Assembly (NCBI GenBank): GCA_964603685.1
Contig: CAZRWF010000010.1
Location: 1-57,439 of the forward strand
Reading direction: 5' to 3'
DNA length: 57,439 bases
From: an uncultured Chitinophagaceae bacterium
GTDB taxonomy: Bacteria > Bacteroidota > Ignavibacteria > UBA10030 > UBA8401
The notes below the pieces were generated by a model. It was not told the origin of the DNA. It searched no databases and worked only from the letters and a program-made list of their open reading frames with translations. Numbering within the stretch: the stretch's first letter is position 1; each line of letters opens with the position of its first letter. Made by a program: the position numbers and the translations under genes. Of the stretch, positions 30,212 through 41,232 are shown piece by piece.

Positions 30212-31378
30212 TCAGGAAACGAACACCTTTGCCACATCGATGATCATGGACGGTTGATTCCACAATGCGGAACGAAAGATCGCTCCGAGTGTCCGTTTTT
30301 CTTCGGGAAGTTTTAACGCGCTGTCGCAGATGTTATTGTATGTCCGGTCGTCGAATCCGCCGATGGCGTTCCGGATATTATAGAATACGTCATGACGCCA
30401 GCCGAGCCGTTTGTGCCATCGTTTTTCGTACTCGCGCAAGTGCGACACATCGCCCCGGAGAACCGCTTCGGCCGCCGTTTGTCCACCGATCATTCCGCCG
30501 ATCATTCCGGAAATGATCCCGCCGCCGGAAACAGGGTTCACCTGGTGCGCCGCATCCCCCACGAGGATCACATTTCCGTTGACGATCTCCGGATTTGTTT
30601 TGGCGCACGGCACACCGCCGGCAATATGCGTCAACATCGCGGCTTTCGGAAATTTTCGATCGACAAATTCCTGCAGATATTTGATCGCCGCTTTTTTCTT
30701 CGCCTGGTCGACCGAGATGCCGAGTCCGACATTCGCCGTATCCTTTCCTTTCGGGAACACCCAGAGGTATCCGCCGGGCGAAACCTGATCGCCGAAATAA
30801 AAATCGAGCACATCTTCTTCCACGTCGATGCCGGAAAGGGTCATCTGTGCGCAGCTCTCCATATCCTTGATGTGGCACGTCGTATCCATTCCCGCCCATT
30901 TCCCGACGCGCGATTCCACACCGTCCGCGGCAATAATCACCGTCGCGCGGATGTCGACCTTCTTCTCTTTAATCAAGGTCTTGACGCCGGTGATCTTCCC
31001 TTCTTCGCGCAGCAGGTCATACACATACGCTTTCGTGATCACTTCGGCTCCCTCGTGTGCCGCCAGTTTCGCCAGTTCATAGTCGAAGATCCTCCGCTCC
31101 AGCACATATCCTCCCCCATCCAGCTTCGGCAATACGCTGCTGCCGTTCGGAGAGATTAATCGAAACTTCGAAACGGAGGAGGCGATCCATTTCGGATCCG
31201 GAGTGATAAATTGTGCGACACCTTCATGGCTCACCGCTTCGCCGCACCGGACCGGATAACCGACATCCCGATCCTTCTCCAGCATCAACACACGCGCGCC
31301 GCCGGCCGCCGCATACCGCGCAGCAGTGGAACCGGCGGGGCCGGCACCGACAACGATAATATCATAATCAACATTCAT
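30212..31378 (-). CDS. Geranylgeranyl reductase family flavoprotein (DGGGPL reductase-like)
   Basis: GAGPAGS, PVRCGEA, ERRIFD, ADGVES, PGGYLWVFPKG (PxxYxWxFP), GDAAHQVNPVSGGGI. Confidence 0.88.
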   Translation of the reverse strand: MNVDYDIIVVGAGPAGSTAARYAAAGGARVLMLEKDRDVGYPVRCGEAVSHEGVAQFITPDPKWIASSVSKFRLISPNGSSVLPKLDGGGYVLERRIFDYELAKLAAHEGAEVITKAYVYDLLREEGKITGVKTLIKEKKVDIRATVIIAADGVESRVGKWAGMDTTCHIKDMESCAQMTLSGIDVEEDVLDFYFGDQVSPGGYLWVFPKGKDTANVGLGISVDQAKKKAAIKYLQEFVDRKFPKAAMLTHIAGGVPCAKTNPEIVNGNVILVGDAAHQVNPVSGGGIISGMIGGMIGGQTAAEAVLRGDVSHLREYEKRWHKRLGWRHDVFYNIRNAIGGFDDRTYNNICDSALKLPEEKRTLGAIFRSALWNQPSMIIDVAKVFVS

Positions 31379-31395
31379 GGAAAAATTTTTTCGTG

Positions 31396-31650
31396 TTAAG
31401 AAAAAGGAACCGCATCATTCACCATCTGCGGCATCTGTTTCGGCAGGTGCTCCACTCCGTCCCGGTGGAATTCGATGACTTCCCACGGACAGGCCCAAAC
31501 GCATTTCCGGCAGTTCGTACAACGATCCTCGATCAATGCGATTTTCGACTCCATCAGTTCAATCGCGTCTTCGGGACACACACCGACGCAGCATCCGCAA
31601 TAATCACATTTGCCGGGAACGATATGAATCATCAAATGGGGCTGCGGCAT
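31396..31650 (-). CDS. 2x[4Fe-4S] dicluster ferredoxin
   Basis: CDYCGCCVGVCP and CTNCRKCVWACP; TAATG-coupled to the FKBP gene (alternative start 31632). Confidence 0.9.
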   Translation of the reverse strand: MPQPHLMIHIVPGKCDYCGCCVGVCPEDAIELMESKIALIEDRCTNCRKCVWACPWEVIEFHRDGVEHLPKQMPQMVNDAVPFS

Positions 31651-32054
31651 TATTCAATCCCCAATAATTCTACTTCAAAGATCAACGTGGCATTCGGAGG
31701 AATCACGCCGCCGGCCCCTTGCCGGCCGTATCCCAATTCGGGCGGAATCGTCAATCGGCTTTTTCCGCCGACCTTCATTGTTCCGATGCCGTCATCCCAT
31801 CCTTGTATGACCTGGCCGACACCGAATTGATATCGGAACGGCTGACCGCGATCGACCGAACTGTCAAATTTTGTGCTGTCCGTCAGCCAACCGGTATAAT
31901 GGACGGTCACCAATTGGCCTTCTTTCGGTGTCACGCCATGGCCTTCCTTTAAAACTTCAACATTTACGCCAGATTTCGTCATAAATTTTTTGTTTCCGCA
32001 AGAAGAGACGAGAAGTGAAAACACTATCACGAAAATTATTGCTAGTTTTTTCAT
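31650..32054 (-). CDS. FKBP-type peptidyl-prolyl cis-trans isomerase (lipoprotein)
   Basis: Lipobox VSSC; VHYTGWL, FDSS, VIQGWDDG, IPPELGYG, IPPNATLIFEVELL. Confidence 0.93.
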   Translation of the reverse strand: MKKLAIIFVIVFSLLVSSCGNKKFMTKSGVNVEVLKEGHGVTPKEGQLVTVHYTGWLTDSTKFDSSVDRGQPFRYQFGVGQVIQGWDDGIGTMKVGGKSRLTIPPELGYGRQGAGGVIPPNATLIFEVELLGIE

Positions 32055-32074
32055 GAAATGTGAAATTTTTCCTT

Positions 32075-32103
32075 AAAATAAGGAAAAGAAGACCGACTTC
32101 CAA
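32075..32103 (-). promoter_or_regulatory. Putative sigma70 promoter for the FKBP-to-phoH operon
   Basis: Minus strand TTGGAA-N17-TATTTT, 20 nt upstream of the ATG at 32054. Confidence 0.5.
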
Positions 32104-32137
32104 AAATATTCCCGAAAACGGCATGTTTATTTAAAAT

Positions 32138-32169
32138 AAAAACTCCATTCATTTCTGAATGGAGTTTTT
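32138..32169. terminator. Rho-independent (bidirectional-type) terminator downstream of the HU gene
   Basis: Perfect 14-bp inverted repeat AAAAACTCCATTCA-tttc-TGAATGGAGTTTTT, 25 nt past the HU stop. Confidence 0.85.
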
Positions 32170-32194
32170 GAAAAATTACTGAATGATTCAGTAA

Positions 32195-32482
32195 TTACTT
32201 TTTACCAAGAATCGCATCTTTTGCAGCTTTTGCCACTTTGAATTTCACAACTTTTTTCGCAGGAATCTGAATCGTTTCGCCGGTAGCGGGATTGCGGCCA
32301 ATGCGAGCTTTACGATCCACCAAAACCAATTTACCGATTCCAGGGATGGTGAATTGATTTGCTGCTTCTTTATAGGCCAAAGTTGATAATTCTTCGAAGA
32401 ATTCCGTTACCACTTTCTTTTTCAATCCGAATTTATCGGCAAAATGGCTCGCGATTTGCGATTTCGACATTGCTTTTCCCAT
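32195..32482 (-). CDS. hup: HU family DNA-binding protein
   Basis: MSKSQIA..., IPGIGKL, RKARIGRNPATGETIQIPAKKVVKF; AGGAG upstream. Confidence 0.93.
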   Translation of the reverse strand: MGKAMSKSQIASHFADKFGLKKKVVTEFFEELSTLAYKEAANQFTIPGIGKLVLVDRKARIGRNPATGETIQIPAKKVVKFKVAKAAKDAILGKK

Positions 32483-32546
32483 ATGAACTCCTTTGATAAG
32501 TGAATTGGAAAATTTATTTAGTGTTTCTCTCTAACCAACTGGTGTA

Positions 32547-32575
32547 AATATATATTATTCATAAGGCAGTGTCAA
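32547..32575 (-). promoter_or_regulatory. Near-consensus sigma70 promoter of the HU gene
   Basis: Minus strand TTGACA-N17-TATATT with an AT-rich upstream tract. Confidence 0.75.
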
Positions 32576-32662
32576 TACAATGTTGAAAAAATCTTTATTT
32601 TATTGGTGTTTTTAAACCTTTCGCAAAAACTACGCCAATTCATTGAGGAAATTTTACCAACA

Positions 32663-32697
32663 AAAAACGGCTAATTTTATTCAAATTAGCCGTTTTT
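32663..32697. terminator. Rho-independent terminator between the membrane-protein gene and the HU promoter
   Basis: Perfect 15-bp inverted repeat AAAAACGGCTAATTT-tattc-AAATTAGCCGTTTTT. Confidence 0.75.
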
Positions 32698-32792
32698 AAT
32701 TGCCCGATTGAGTAAAAAATCACCGGTTTTCTACAGTAGAGGAAGAAAAAAATAATTCACTCTTTTCACCAATTATACCGGGATTTTGAGAA

Positions 32793-33149
32793 TTACCATA
32801 AAAAAGCAATAGCCGTAATAGTTATTGCTGAAACAAGGATGAGTATCAACGTCAACGGTTTTTGCGGTGCATTGTTCATCATCCTCTTCCGGTAGATCGT
32901 CGCCAGGACGGAAAGTTCTATCGCCAGTAACATTTTTATTCCCACTTTCATGTGGTTCACTTCGGACAACAGCAAAAAGAACAAAGCGAATCCGGTCAGC
33001 AATTGCGCATGGGAGGCGGACATGAGTACGGTGGCGAATTTTTTTCTCGTAGAGTCTGCCGCACTTTTATTGAGCAACAGTTGCAGTGAAAAAAGGATCA
33101 CGGCGGCCATTCCGGCCAGATGGAGAACGTACAATAGATGATGGATCAT
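32793..33149 (-). CDS. Hypothetical four-TM membrane protein
   Basis: 118 aa, four hydrophobic segments; HLAGM, SHAQLLTGF, HMKVGIK. Confidence 0.75.
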   Translation of the reverse strand: MIHHLLYVLHLAGMAAVILFSLQLLLNKSAADSTRKKFATVLMSASHAQLLTGFALFFLLLSEVNHMKVGIKMLLAIELSVLATIYRKRMMNNAPQKPLTLILILVSAITITAIAFLW

Positions 33150-33223
33150 GGTCACCCTTTCGAAATGATATATTGATTACAAAGGAATTTAACGATAATT
33201 TGTTGAAAACCTATTACAACCTC

Positions 33224-34291
33224 ATGTTTGAACAAGAGCTGGAAAATATTCAAAAAATCGCGGTCGGCCAGACGATCGGCAATACGACGGCGATCGCAAT
33301 GAAAACCATCCTGGAATCAAACATTCCGGCGAACATTAAAAGTTTCTTCCGGGCTGAGGTGGAAACGCAGTTGTTGCGGGAACGCCAAACCGAACGCCGT
33401 CCTTCCAAATTCGACTATTCGCAGCATGATGTACGGCTCCTGCAGGAGCAGATGGACGTGTTACTCGTCTATCATTATATTTTTTCGCGGGAAGAGTTTT
33501 TACGTGTACTGGATACCTGCACCCATTTCCTGTTTAACTACCTCTGCCGGCCGCAATGGACGCTGGAGAGTTATTTGTTTGAGGAAAAAAATATTCTCAC
33601 CGTTCCGGAACTGGCGGGCAAATTCCGGTATTGCTCCGACTATCCGTACTATTGGACGATCCTGGAAAAACATCTTTCCGCAAAGAACAAACAGGATCTC
33701 GAACGGGACGAAGCGGCGCGGCTTCTCCGCCGGATCGATGCGGAGGTCGTCGCTTCCCATTCGGCGGACGATCTGGCGAAGATGACCCTTCCGTTCTATG
33801 AATTTATCGGCTACATCCACCAGCATTCGTTTTCCGGCGGACGCGGCGACCTGCCCACGCGGGCATTGATCTATTTTTTTGAGGACAAAAAACTCCCCGC
33901 CGTGACGAACCATTTGACCTCGATGCGGGAACAGGGAAAACAATCGATCCTCTTCGACGAATTGGTGAACGCATTGAAAGATTCCTTCACGCAGAAAAGT
34001 TTTTCCGTGGCGGAAGAACTGGCGCAGGTCCGTCAGCCGCAGAAAAAAAGTTTTGCGCAGATACAGATCCCGGACCGGGATAAACTTTCCATCATTAAAT
34101 CCTTGTTCGGCAGCGATGAATCGAAGTATATTCAAATGATGGACAGCGTCCTCACCGCCCCCACCTGGGAGGATGCGGGATTGACTCTCGATCACTATTT
34201 TACGATGAATGACATCGATCCCTTTTCCCGGGAAGCGATCATCCTGACAAACGCACTTCAATCCTATTTCTCCAACAACCATTCCCGTTGA
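33224..34291 (+). CDS. Hypothetical cytoplasmic, mostly helical protein (355 aa)
   Basis: Long ORF with normal codon usage, divergent from the previous gene, 78 nt upstream of obgE; no recognised motif. Confidence 0.8.
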   Translation: MFEQELENIQKIAVGQTIGNTTAIAMKTILESNIPANIKSFFRAEVETQLLRERQTERRPSKFDYSQHDVRLLQEQMDVLLVYHYIFSREEFLRVLDTCTHFLFNYLCRPQWTLESYLFEEKNILTVPELAGKFRYCSDYPYYWTILEKHLSAKNKQDLERDEAARLLRRIDAEVVASHSADDLAKMTLPFYEFIGYIHQHSFSGGRGDLPTRALIYFFEDKKLPAVTNHLTSMREQGKQSILFDELVNALKDSFTQKSFSVAEELAQVRQPQKKSFAQIQIPDRDKLSIIKSLFGSDESKYIQMMDSVLTAPTWEDAGLTLDHYFTMNDIDPFSREAIILTNALQSYFSNNHSR

Positions 34292-34363
34292 AGGATGGCG
34301 GAGGAGAATTTTCCGTTCACCGGCACACTCACGCGCTCCACACACGGCGGCAAAAGAAAGTAA

Positions 34364-36401
<2,038 letters not shown>

Positions 36402-36402
<1 letters not shown>

Positions 36403-37034
36403 TGAATCCGCTTCCCCGTTCGTTTTATACGCGGCGGACATTGACCGTCGCCAAAGAGCTGCTCGGCAAATATATCGTTCGTACGCTCGGCCGGAAACGC
36501 CTGATCGGCCGCATTGTGGAAACGGAAGCCTATCTCCGGAACGATCCCGCCTCACATTCTTACCGTGGGAAAACCCGTCGGAATGCACCGATGTTCGAAC
36601 GCGGGGGATGTTTATACGTTTATTTTACGTACGGATTACACTATTGTGCCAATGTGGTCACGGCGGAAGAAGGGATCGGCGAAGCGGTTTTGATCCGCGC
36701 CGTTGAACCGATCGAAGGGATTGACGAGATGCGAAAGCGGCGCGGTCGCCCCGGAAAGGTGAAGTCCACACTCCGTGGTTTGTCGGCCGACGGCACGGCC
36801 GTTCCCGCCGAACTTCGGTTGTTGACGAACGGTCCGGCCAAATTCGCTCAGGCGTTCGGACTTACCGTGACTCAGTCGGGGATCGATCTGACCGGTACCG
36901 ATATTTTTCTGACGGAAGGGATCGCGGTACCGAAATCCCGAATCGGTGTGTCGGGAAGAATCGGCATCAGCACGGCACAGGAAAAACAGTGGAGATTTTT
37001 TCTCCGGGAGAATCCGTGGGTCTCTAAAACGTGA
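36402..37034 (+). CDS. mpg: 3-methyladenine DNA glycosylase (MPG/AAG family)
   Basis: RIVETEAY, LYVYFTYGLHYCANVV, VLIRAVEP, NGPAK, RIGIS. Confidence 0.92.
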
Positions 37035-37632
37035 ACGACGAGGCGACGCCGAGCGTTATTTCGTGAAAATCCGTACCGCCGAAATATTTATTGTATCGGT
37101 AGGTGATCCCGAAGGTGTGTTGCGGAAAAAATCCGAAATAATTCAACCACGGCGATTTCACCCACCCTCCGGCGCCGATGCTGTATCCATCCTCCGGAAA
37201 ATCCGTCAACAGTCCGGCGCTAACGTGAAAACCGGAAAGGAAAATTTTCCGCCGATCGACAAATTCGAAATGGAAGTCCCTTTTAATCTCCCCGCGGACG
37301 AAATCACGCACTGAGGCACTGACCACATACGTATAGCTGAACGCCAGCCGCCAATCGGAAAAAATCCCCGTCTGCCGGAAATCCCCGGTTCCGACGCCGG
37401 TTTCGATCGTCATTGCTCCGTAGCTCGTTCCGTTTTTCACCACCACGCCGGCACTCGGCGGTGCGGCACTGACCACGGTTCCGATGAGCGCCAGCGGAAT
37501 GATTATTCCCGTCATCGTAATCAACGCGATGTTCTCCTCCGTGGTGCTTTCGGAGACCCGCGTGGAATCCTGCGGAAACAGGCGCGACGCGCCGAAGAAC
37601 ACGATAAAAAAGAATAACAAAAATTTTTTCAT
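37024..37632 (-). CDS. Hypothetical secreted protein, possible small outer-membrane beta-barrel
   Basis: Signal peptide MKKFLLFFFIVFFGASRLFPQ; amphipathic strands; terminal ...ASSFTF; ATGA-coupled to the upstream gene. Confidence 0.65.
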   Translation of the reverse strand: MKKFLLFFFIVFFGASRLFPQDSTRVSESTTEENIALITMTGIIIPLALIGTVVSAAPPSAGVVVKNGTSYGAMTIETGVGTGDFRQTGIFSDWRLAFSYTYVVSASVRDFVRGEIKRDFHFEFVDRRKIFLSGFHVSAGLLTDFPEDGYSIGAGGWVKSPWLNYFGFFPQHTFGITYRYNKYFGGTDFHEITLGVASSFTF

Positions 37633-38297
37633 TGGAGAAAATCGATTGTGCCGAAAAATTGATACCGGTGGAAACATCGCTCGCCGGTCCCCGGCGGCGA
37701 CCACGCCAACAATTCATCGCCGTGGAATTTTCCCGACGCCCGGTAGAAATTGATGTTCCACTCGTCCGACGTCTTGTTGTTCAAACCAAAACAATTCCAC
37801 GGAAGTTCAATTACCGCGGACCAAATCTGCATTTCATGGTCGATGAACGACCGGCACCGGAATCCGGAATGCCAATAATGATTGGAAATGCCCAGCGGCC
37901 GGTGAACTTCAATGTCGAGCCAGCGACCGTCCGGCGCGACTTGAAATTCCTTATACAGTCCGGTCCGCGCCGCTTCTTTTCCGACGAACACTTCAAACAC
38001 ATCGCTCCGTTCCCACAATCGATGTGTCTTCGCCCCGCCCGGATCGGACGTGTCCGCGGGCATCAATCGCAGATGTTCAAAACGGCCGCGGAAGTACACC
38101 AGCAGGCCGAGATCGTTCCACTCCATACCGACGCGCGTGGCGATCGGCTGCGGCGGTTCGGTGCCGTCCGTATAGTGAAGCGGCTCGCTCATATCGATAT
38201 GCGCCAATGCATCGGCATCGATCGATTCGATCGACCGGAAGGCGGACCGGTGCGCGTGGATGATCTTTCGTTCCTGCGGTGTGGTCGGAAGAGTCAT
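37629..38297 (-). CDS. Carbohydrate-binding family 9 (CBM9/DOMON)-like protein
   Basis: W...LLVYF, LWERSDVFEVF, YKEFQVAPDG, WSAVIELPW, WNINFYR, LAWSP, FHRYQFFG; no signal peptide. Confidence 0.65.
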   Translation of the reverse strand: MTLPTTPQERKIIHAHRSAFRSIESIDADALAHIDMSEPLHYTDGTEPPQPIATRVGMEWNDLGLLVYFRGRFEHLRLMPADTSDPGGAKTHRLWERSDVFEVFVGKEAARTGLYKEFQVAPDGRWLDIEVHRPLGISNHYWHSGFRCRSFIDHEMQIWSAVIELPWNCFGLNNKTSDEWNINFYRASGKFHGDELLAWSPPGTGERCFHRYQFFGTIDFLQ

Positions 38298-38305
38298 GGC
38301 AAATA

Positions 38306-41203
38306 TTATTTCAGAGAAAGTTCTTTCCGCAAATAGACTCCGGTGTACGAATTGCCGTTGCGGGCGACGGCTTCCGGTGTCCCTTCGGCGATGATCGATC
38401 CGCCTCCGGAACCCCCTTCGGGACCGAGGTCGACGATCCAATCGGCCGTTTTGATCACGTCGAGATTGTGTTCGATCACGACAACGGTGTTTCCCTTCTC
38501 CACCAGTTTGTTCAACACATCCAACAGCATTTTTACGTCGTCGAAATGCAGTCCGGTGGTCGGTTCATCCAATATATAGAGCGTGTTGCCGGTGCCGACC
38601 TTCGACAGTTCCGTGGAGAGTTTCACCCGTTGCGCTTCACCGCCGGAGAGCGTCGTCGCCTGCTGGCCGAGATGAATGTAACCGAGACCGACATCGAACA
38701 ATGTTTGAATTTTCCGGTTCATCACCGGCATTTCGGTGAAAAAACCGAGCGCTTCTTCCACGGTCATTTCCAACACATCGGAAATCGACTTCCCTTTAAA
38801 GAGCACTTCGAGTGTTTCGCGGTTGTACCGCTTTCCCCGGCAGACATCGCACTGTACATACACGTCGGGGAGGAAATTCATTTCGATTTTTTTCACGCCG
38901 TCCCCTTCGCATGCTTCGCATCGTCCCCCTTTCACGTTAAAACTGAAGCGGCCCGACTTGTACCCGCGGATTTTGGACTCCGGCAGTTGAGCATACAGAT
39001 CGCGGATGAACGTGAACAATCCGGTATAGGTGGCGGGATTGGAACGGGGTGTCCGGCCGATCGGCGACTGGTCGATGTCGATCACTTTGTCGATCTCTTC
39101 CACGCCGGTGATGGCGGTGTAGGGATAGACGGGGATCTTCGTCTTATAAAATTTTTGAGAAAGAATCGGATATATCGTCTCGTTGATCAGCGTCGATTTT
39201 CCCGAGCCGCTCACGCCGGTGATACAAGTGAAGGTGCCGAGGGGAAGCGTGAGATCGACATTCCGAAGATTATTTCCTCGGGCGCCGGTGAGAGTCAACG
39301 TTTTTCCGTTCCCTTTTCGCCGGACGGGCGGTACGTCGATCCGTTTTTTCCCGGTCAAATACGAAATGGTCGAAGAACGATCGCCGACCGAAGAGGCCAG
39401 TCCGTTCCGGAATTGTTCGGGTGAACCGGCGGCGATCAATTCCCCGCCGTGTTCTCCGGCGCGCGGTCCGAGATCAACGATAAAATCGGCGTTTTCCATC
39501 ATCTCTTTATCGTGTTCCACCACCAATACCGTATTGCCGAGATCCCGCAAATGGTGCAGCGAGCTGATCAATTTAGTGTTGTCGCGTTGATGAAGTCCGA
39601 TGCTTGGTTCATCCAAAATATACAAGACGCCGACCAACTGGCTGCCGATTTGCGTGGCGAGCCGGATCCTTTGCGCTTCGCCCCCGGACAAAGTCCTCGC
39701 CGAACGGTCGAGCGTCAAATATCCCAATCCGACGTCGACCATAAATCCCAGCCGTTGTTTAATCTCTTTCAGGATCGGCCGGGCGATCTCCATCCGTCGT
39801 TCGTCGAACGACAGGGTTTGAAAGAAGGACAACGCATCCGCAAGGGAGAGTCGGACGACCGCCGCAATGGAATGACGAACACCCGATGCGGCATCCACCA
39901 ATTGAATGGAGAGATTTTCCTTCCGCAAGCGCCCGCCGCCGCAATCGGGACAGACTTTCGTGCTCATATAACTCTCCACCCATTCACGGATCTTCAACGA
40001 TGCGGTGTCGTTATAATATTCGCCGAGCATTTTCATCACGCCGTCGTACCGGTGTTTGTATTTCGTCACCCGCCCTCCCGCGTACACGTATTCGACCTCG
40101 ATTTTTTCGCCGTTCGTGCCGTGCAGCAGCTCGTCTAACGCCGTCGGAGAAAACCGGTCAATCGGCGTATCGTACGTATACCCGTGACGTTTCAGCACCG
40201 CTCGTACTTGCGCGTAAAACCAGGTGGACCGGGGTTTCCCCAGCGGCGCGATCCCTTCCTGTTGGATCGAGAGGGAACGATCCGGAATGATCAACGACAG
40301 GTCGAAATCCTTTTTCTCCCCCAATCCTTCGCAAGTCGTGCAGGCACCGGTGGTGGTGTTGAACGAGAAGGAATTCGGCGCCGGCTCTTCGTAACTCGTG
40401 CCGCAGGCCGGACAGGAATATTTTTTACTGAACAGCGTGTCCTGTTTTCCATCGTTGACGATCAACACCCCGTCGCCAAATTGCAACGCCACTTCCACGG
40501 AATCGGCCACCCGCGTCCGGATGTCCTTTTTGATCTGTATCCGGTCCACCACCACGTCGATGTTATGGATTTTGTACCGGTCCAGCTTCATCCCTTTGGT
40601 GATCTCCTGCACTTCATTGTCGACGCGGACGCGGAGAAATCCATCCTTCAAAATCTTTTCGAACAGTTCCCGGTAATGACCTTTTCTCCCCTTAATCACC
40701 GGTGCGAGGATCTGGATTTTCGTCCCGGCGGGGTACCGGAGAATGGCATCAATGATCTGGTCCACGCTTTGCCGCTGCACTTTGGTCCCGTCTTTCACGC
40801 AGAACTGCGTGCCGACACGGGCGTACAATAACCGGAGAAAGTCGTACACTTCCGTTACTGTTCCGACGGTGGAACGGGGATTGGTGCTGACCGTTTTTTG
40901 TTCGATGGAGATGGCGGGAGACAGTCCTTCGATATAATCGACATCCGGACGTTCCATCAATCCGAGAAATTGCCGCGCGTAGGCGGAGAGAGATTCCACA
41001 TACCGGCGCTGGCCTTCGGCGTAGATGGTATCAAAGGCGAGGGACGATTTTCCCGAACCGGAAAGCCCGGTGATCACCACCAGCTTATCGCGCGGGATTT
41101 CGACGTCGATATTCTTCAGATTGTGTTCGCGGGCCCCTTTGATGATCAGGGTATTCTGTTCGGATTCCACCGGAGGTATTGCGGCACGTCTCTTTATTTT
41201 CAT
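38306..41203 (-). CDS. uvrA: Excinuclease ABC subunit A
   Basis: GAREHNLKN, GLSGSGKSS, EGQRRY, two LSGGEAQR ABC signatures, GVSGSGKST, Zn fingers. Confidence 0.98.
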   Translation of the reverse strand: MKIKRRAAIPPVESEQNTLIIKGAREHNLKNIDVEIPRDKLVVITGLSGSGKSSLAFDTIYAEGQRRYVESLSAYARQFLGLMERPDVDYIEGLSPAISIEQKTVSTNPRSTVGTVTEVYDFLRLLYARVGTQFCVKDGTKVQRQSVDQIIDAILRYPAGTKIQILAPVIKGRKGHYRELFEKILKDGFLRVRVDNEVQEITKGMKLDRYKIHNIDVVVDRIQIKKDIRTRVADSVEVALQFGDGVLIVNDGKQDTLFSKKYSCPACGTSYEEPAPNSFSFNTTTGACTTCEGLGEKKDFDLSLIIPDRSLSIQQEGIAPLGKPRSTWFYAQVRAVLKRHGYTYDTPIDRFSPTALDELLHGTNGEKIEVEYVYAGGRVTKYKHRYDGVMKMLGEYYNDTASLKIREWVESYMSTKVCPDCGGGRLRKENLSIQLVDAASGVRHSIAAVVRLSLADALSFFQTLSFDERRMEIARPILKEIKQRLGFMVDVGLGYLTLDRSARTLSGGEAQRIRLATQIGSQLVGVLYILDEPSIGLHQRDNTKLISSLHHLRDLGNTVLVVEHDKEMMENADFIVDLGPRAGEHGGELIAAGSPEQFRNGLASSVGDRSSTISYLTGKKRIDVPPVRRKGNGKTLTLTGARGNNLRNVDLTLPLGTFTCITGVSGSGKSTLINETIYPILSQKFYKTKIPVYPYTAITGVEEIDKVIDIDQSPIGRTPRSNPATYTGLFTFIRDLYAQLPESKIRGYKSGRFSFNVKGGRCEACEGDGVKKIEMNFLPDVYVQCDVCRGKRYNRETLEVLFKGKSISDVLEMTVEEALGFFTEMPVMNRKIQTLFDVGLGYIHLGQQATTLSGGEAQRVKLSTELSKVGTGNTLYILDEPTTGLHFDDVKMLLDVLNKLVEKGNTVVVIEHNLDVIKTADWIVDLGPEGGSGGGSIIAEGTPEAVARNGNSYTGVYLRKELSLK

Positions 41204-41211
41204 ACGAAAGT

Positions 41212-41232
41212 GTGATGCGGAACTCGCATCAC
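41212..41232. promoter_or_regulatory. Inverted repeat just upstream of uvrA (candidate operator or 5' UTR hairpin)
   Basis: GTGATGCG-gaact-CGCATCAC, 8 nt from the uvrA ATG and next to an extended -10-like TGtTATCAC (41235-41243). Confidence 0.4.

Noticed and set aside
31990-33230. AT-rich segments (also 53100-53700) as horizontally acquired islands
   Set aside because: No integrase, tRNA, flanking direct repeats or IS ends; the low GC is explained by promoters, terminators and a highly expressed HU gene.
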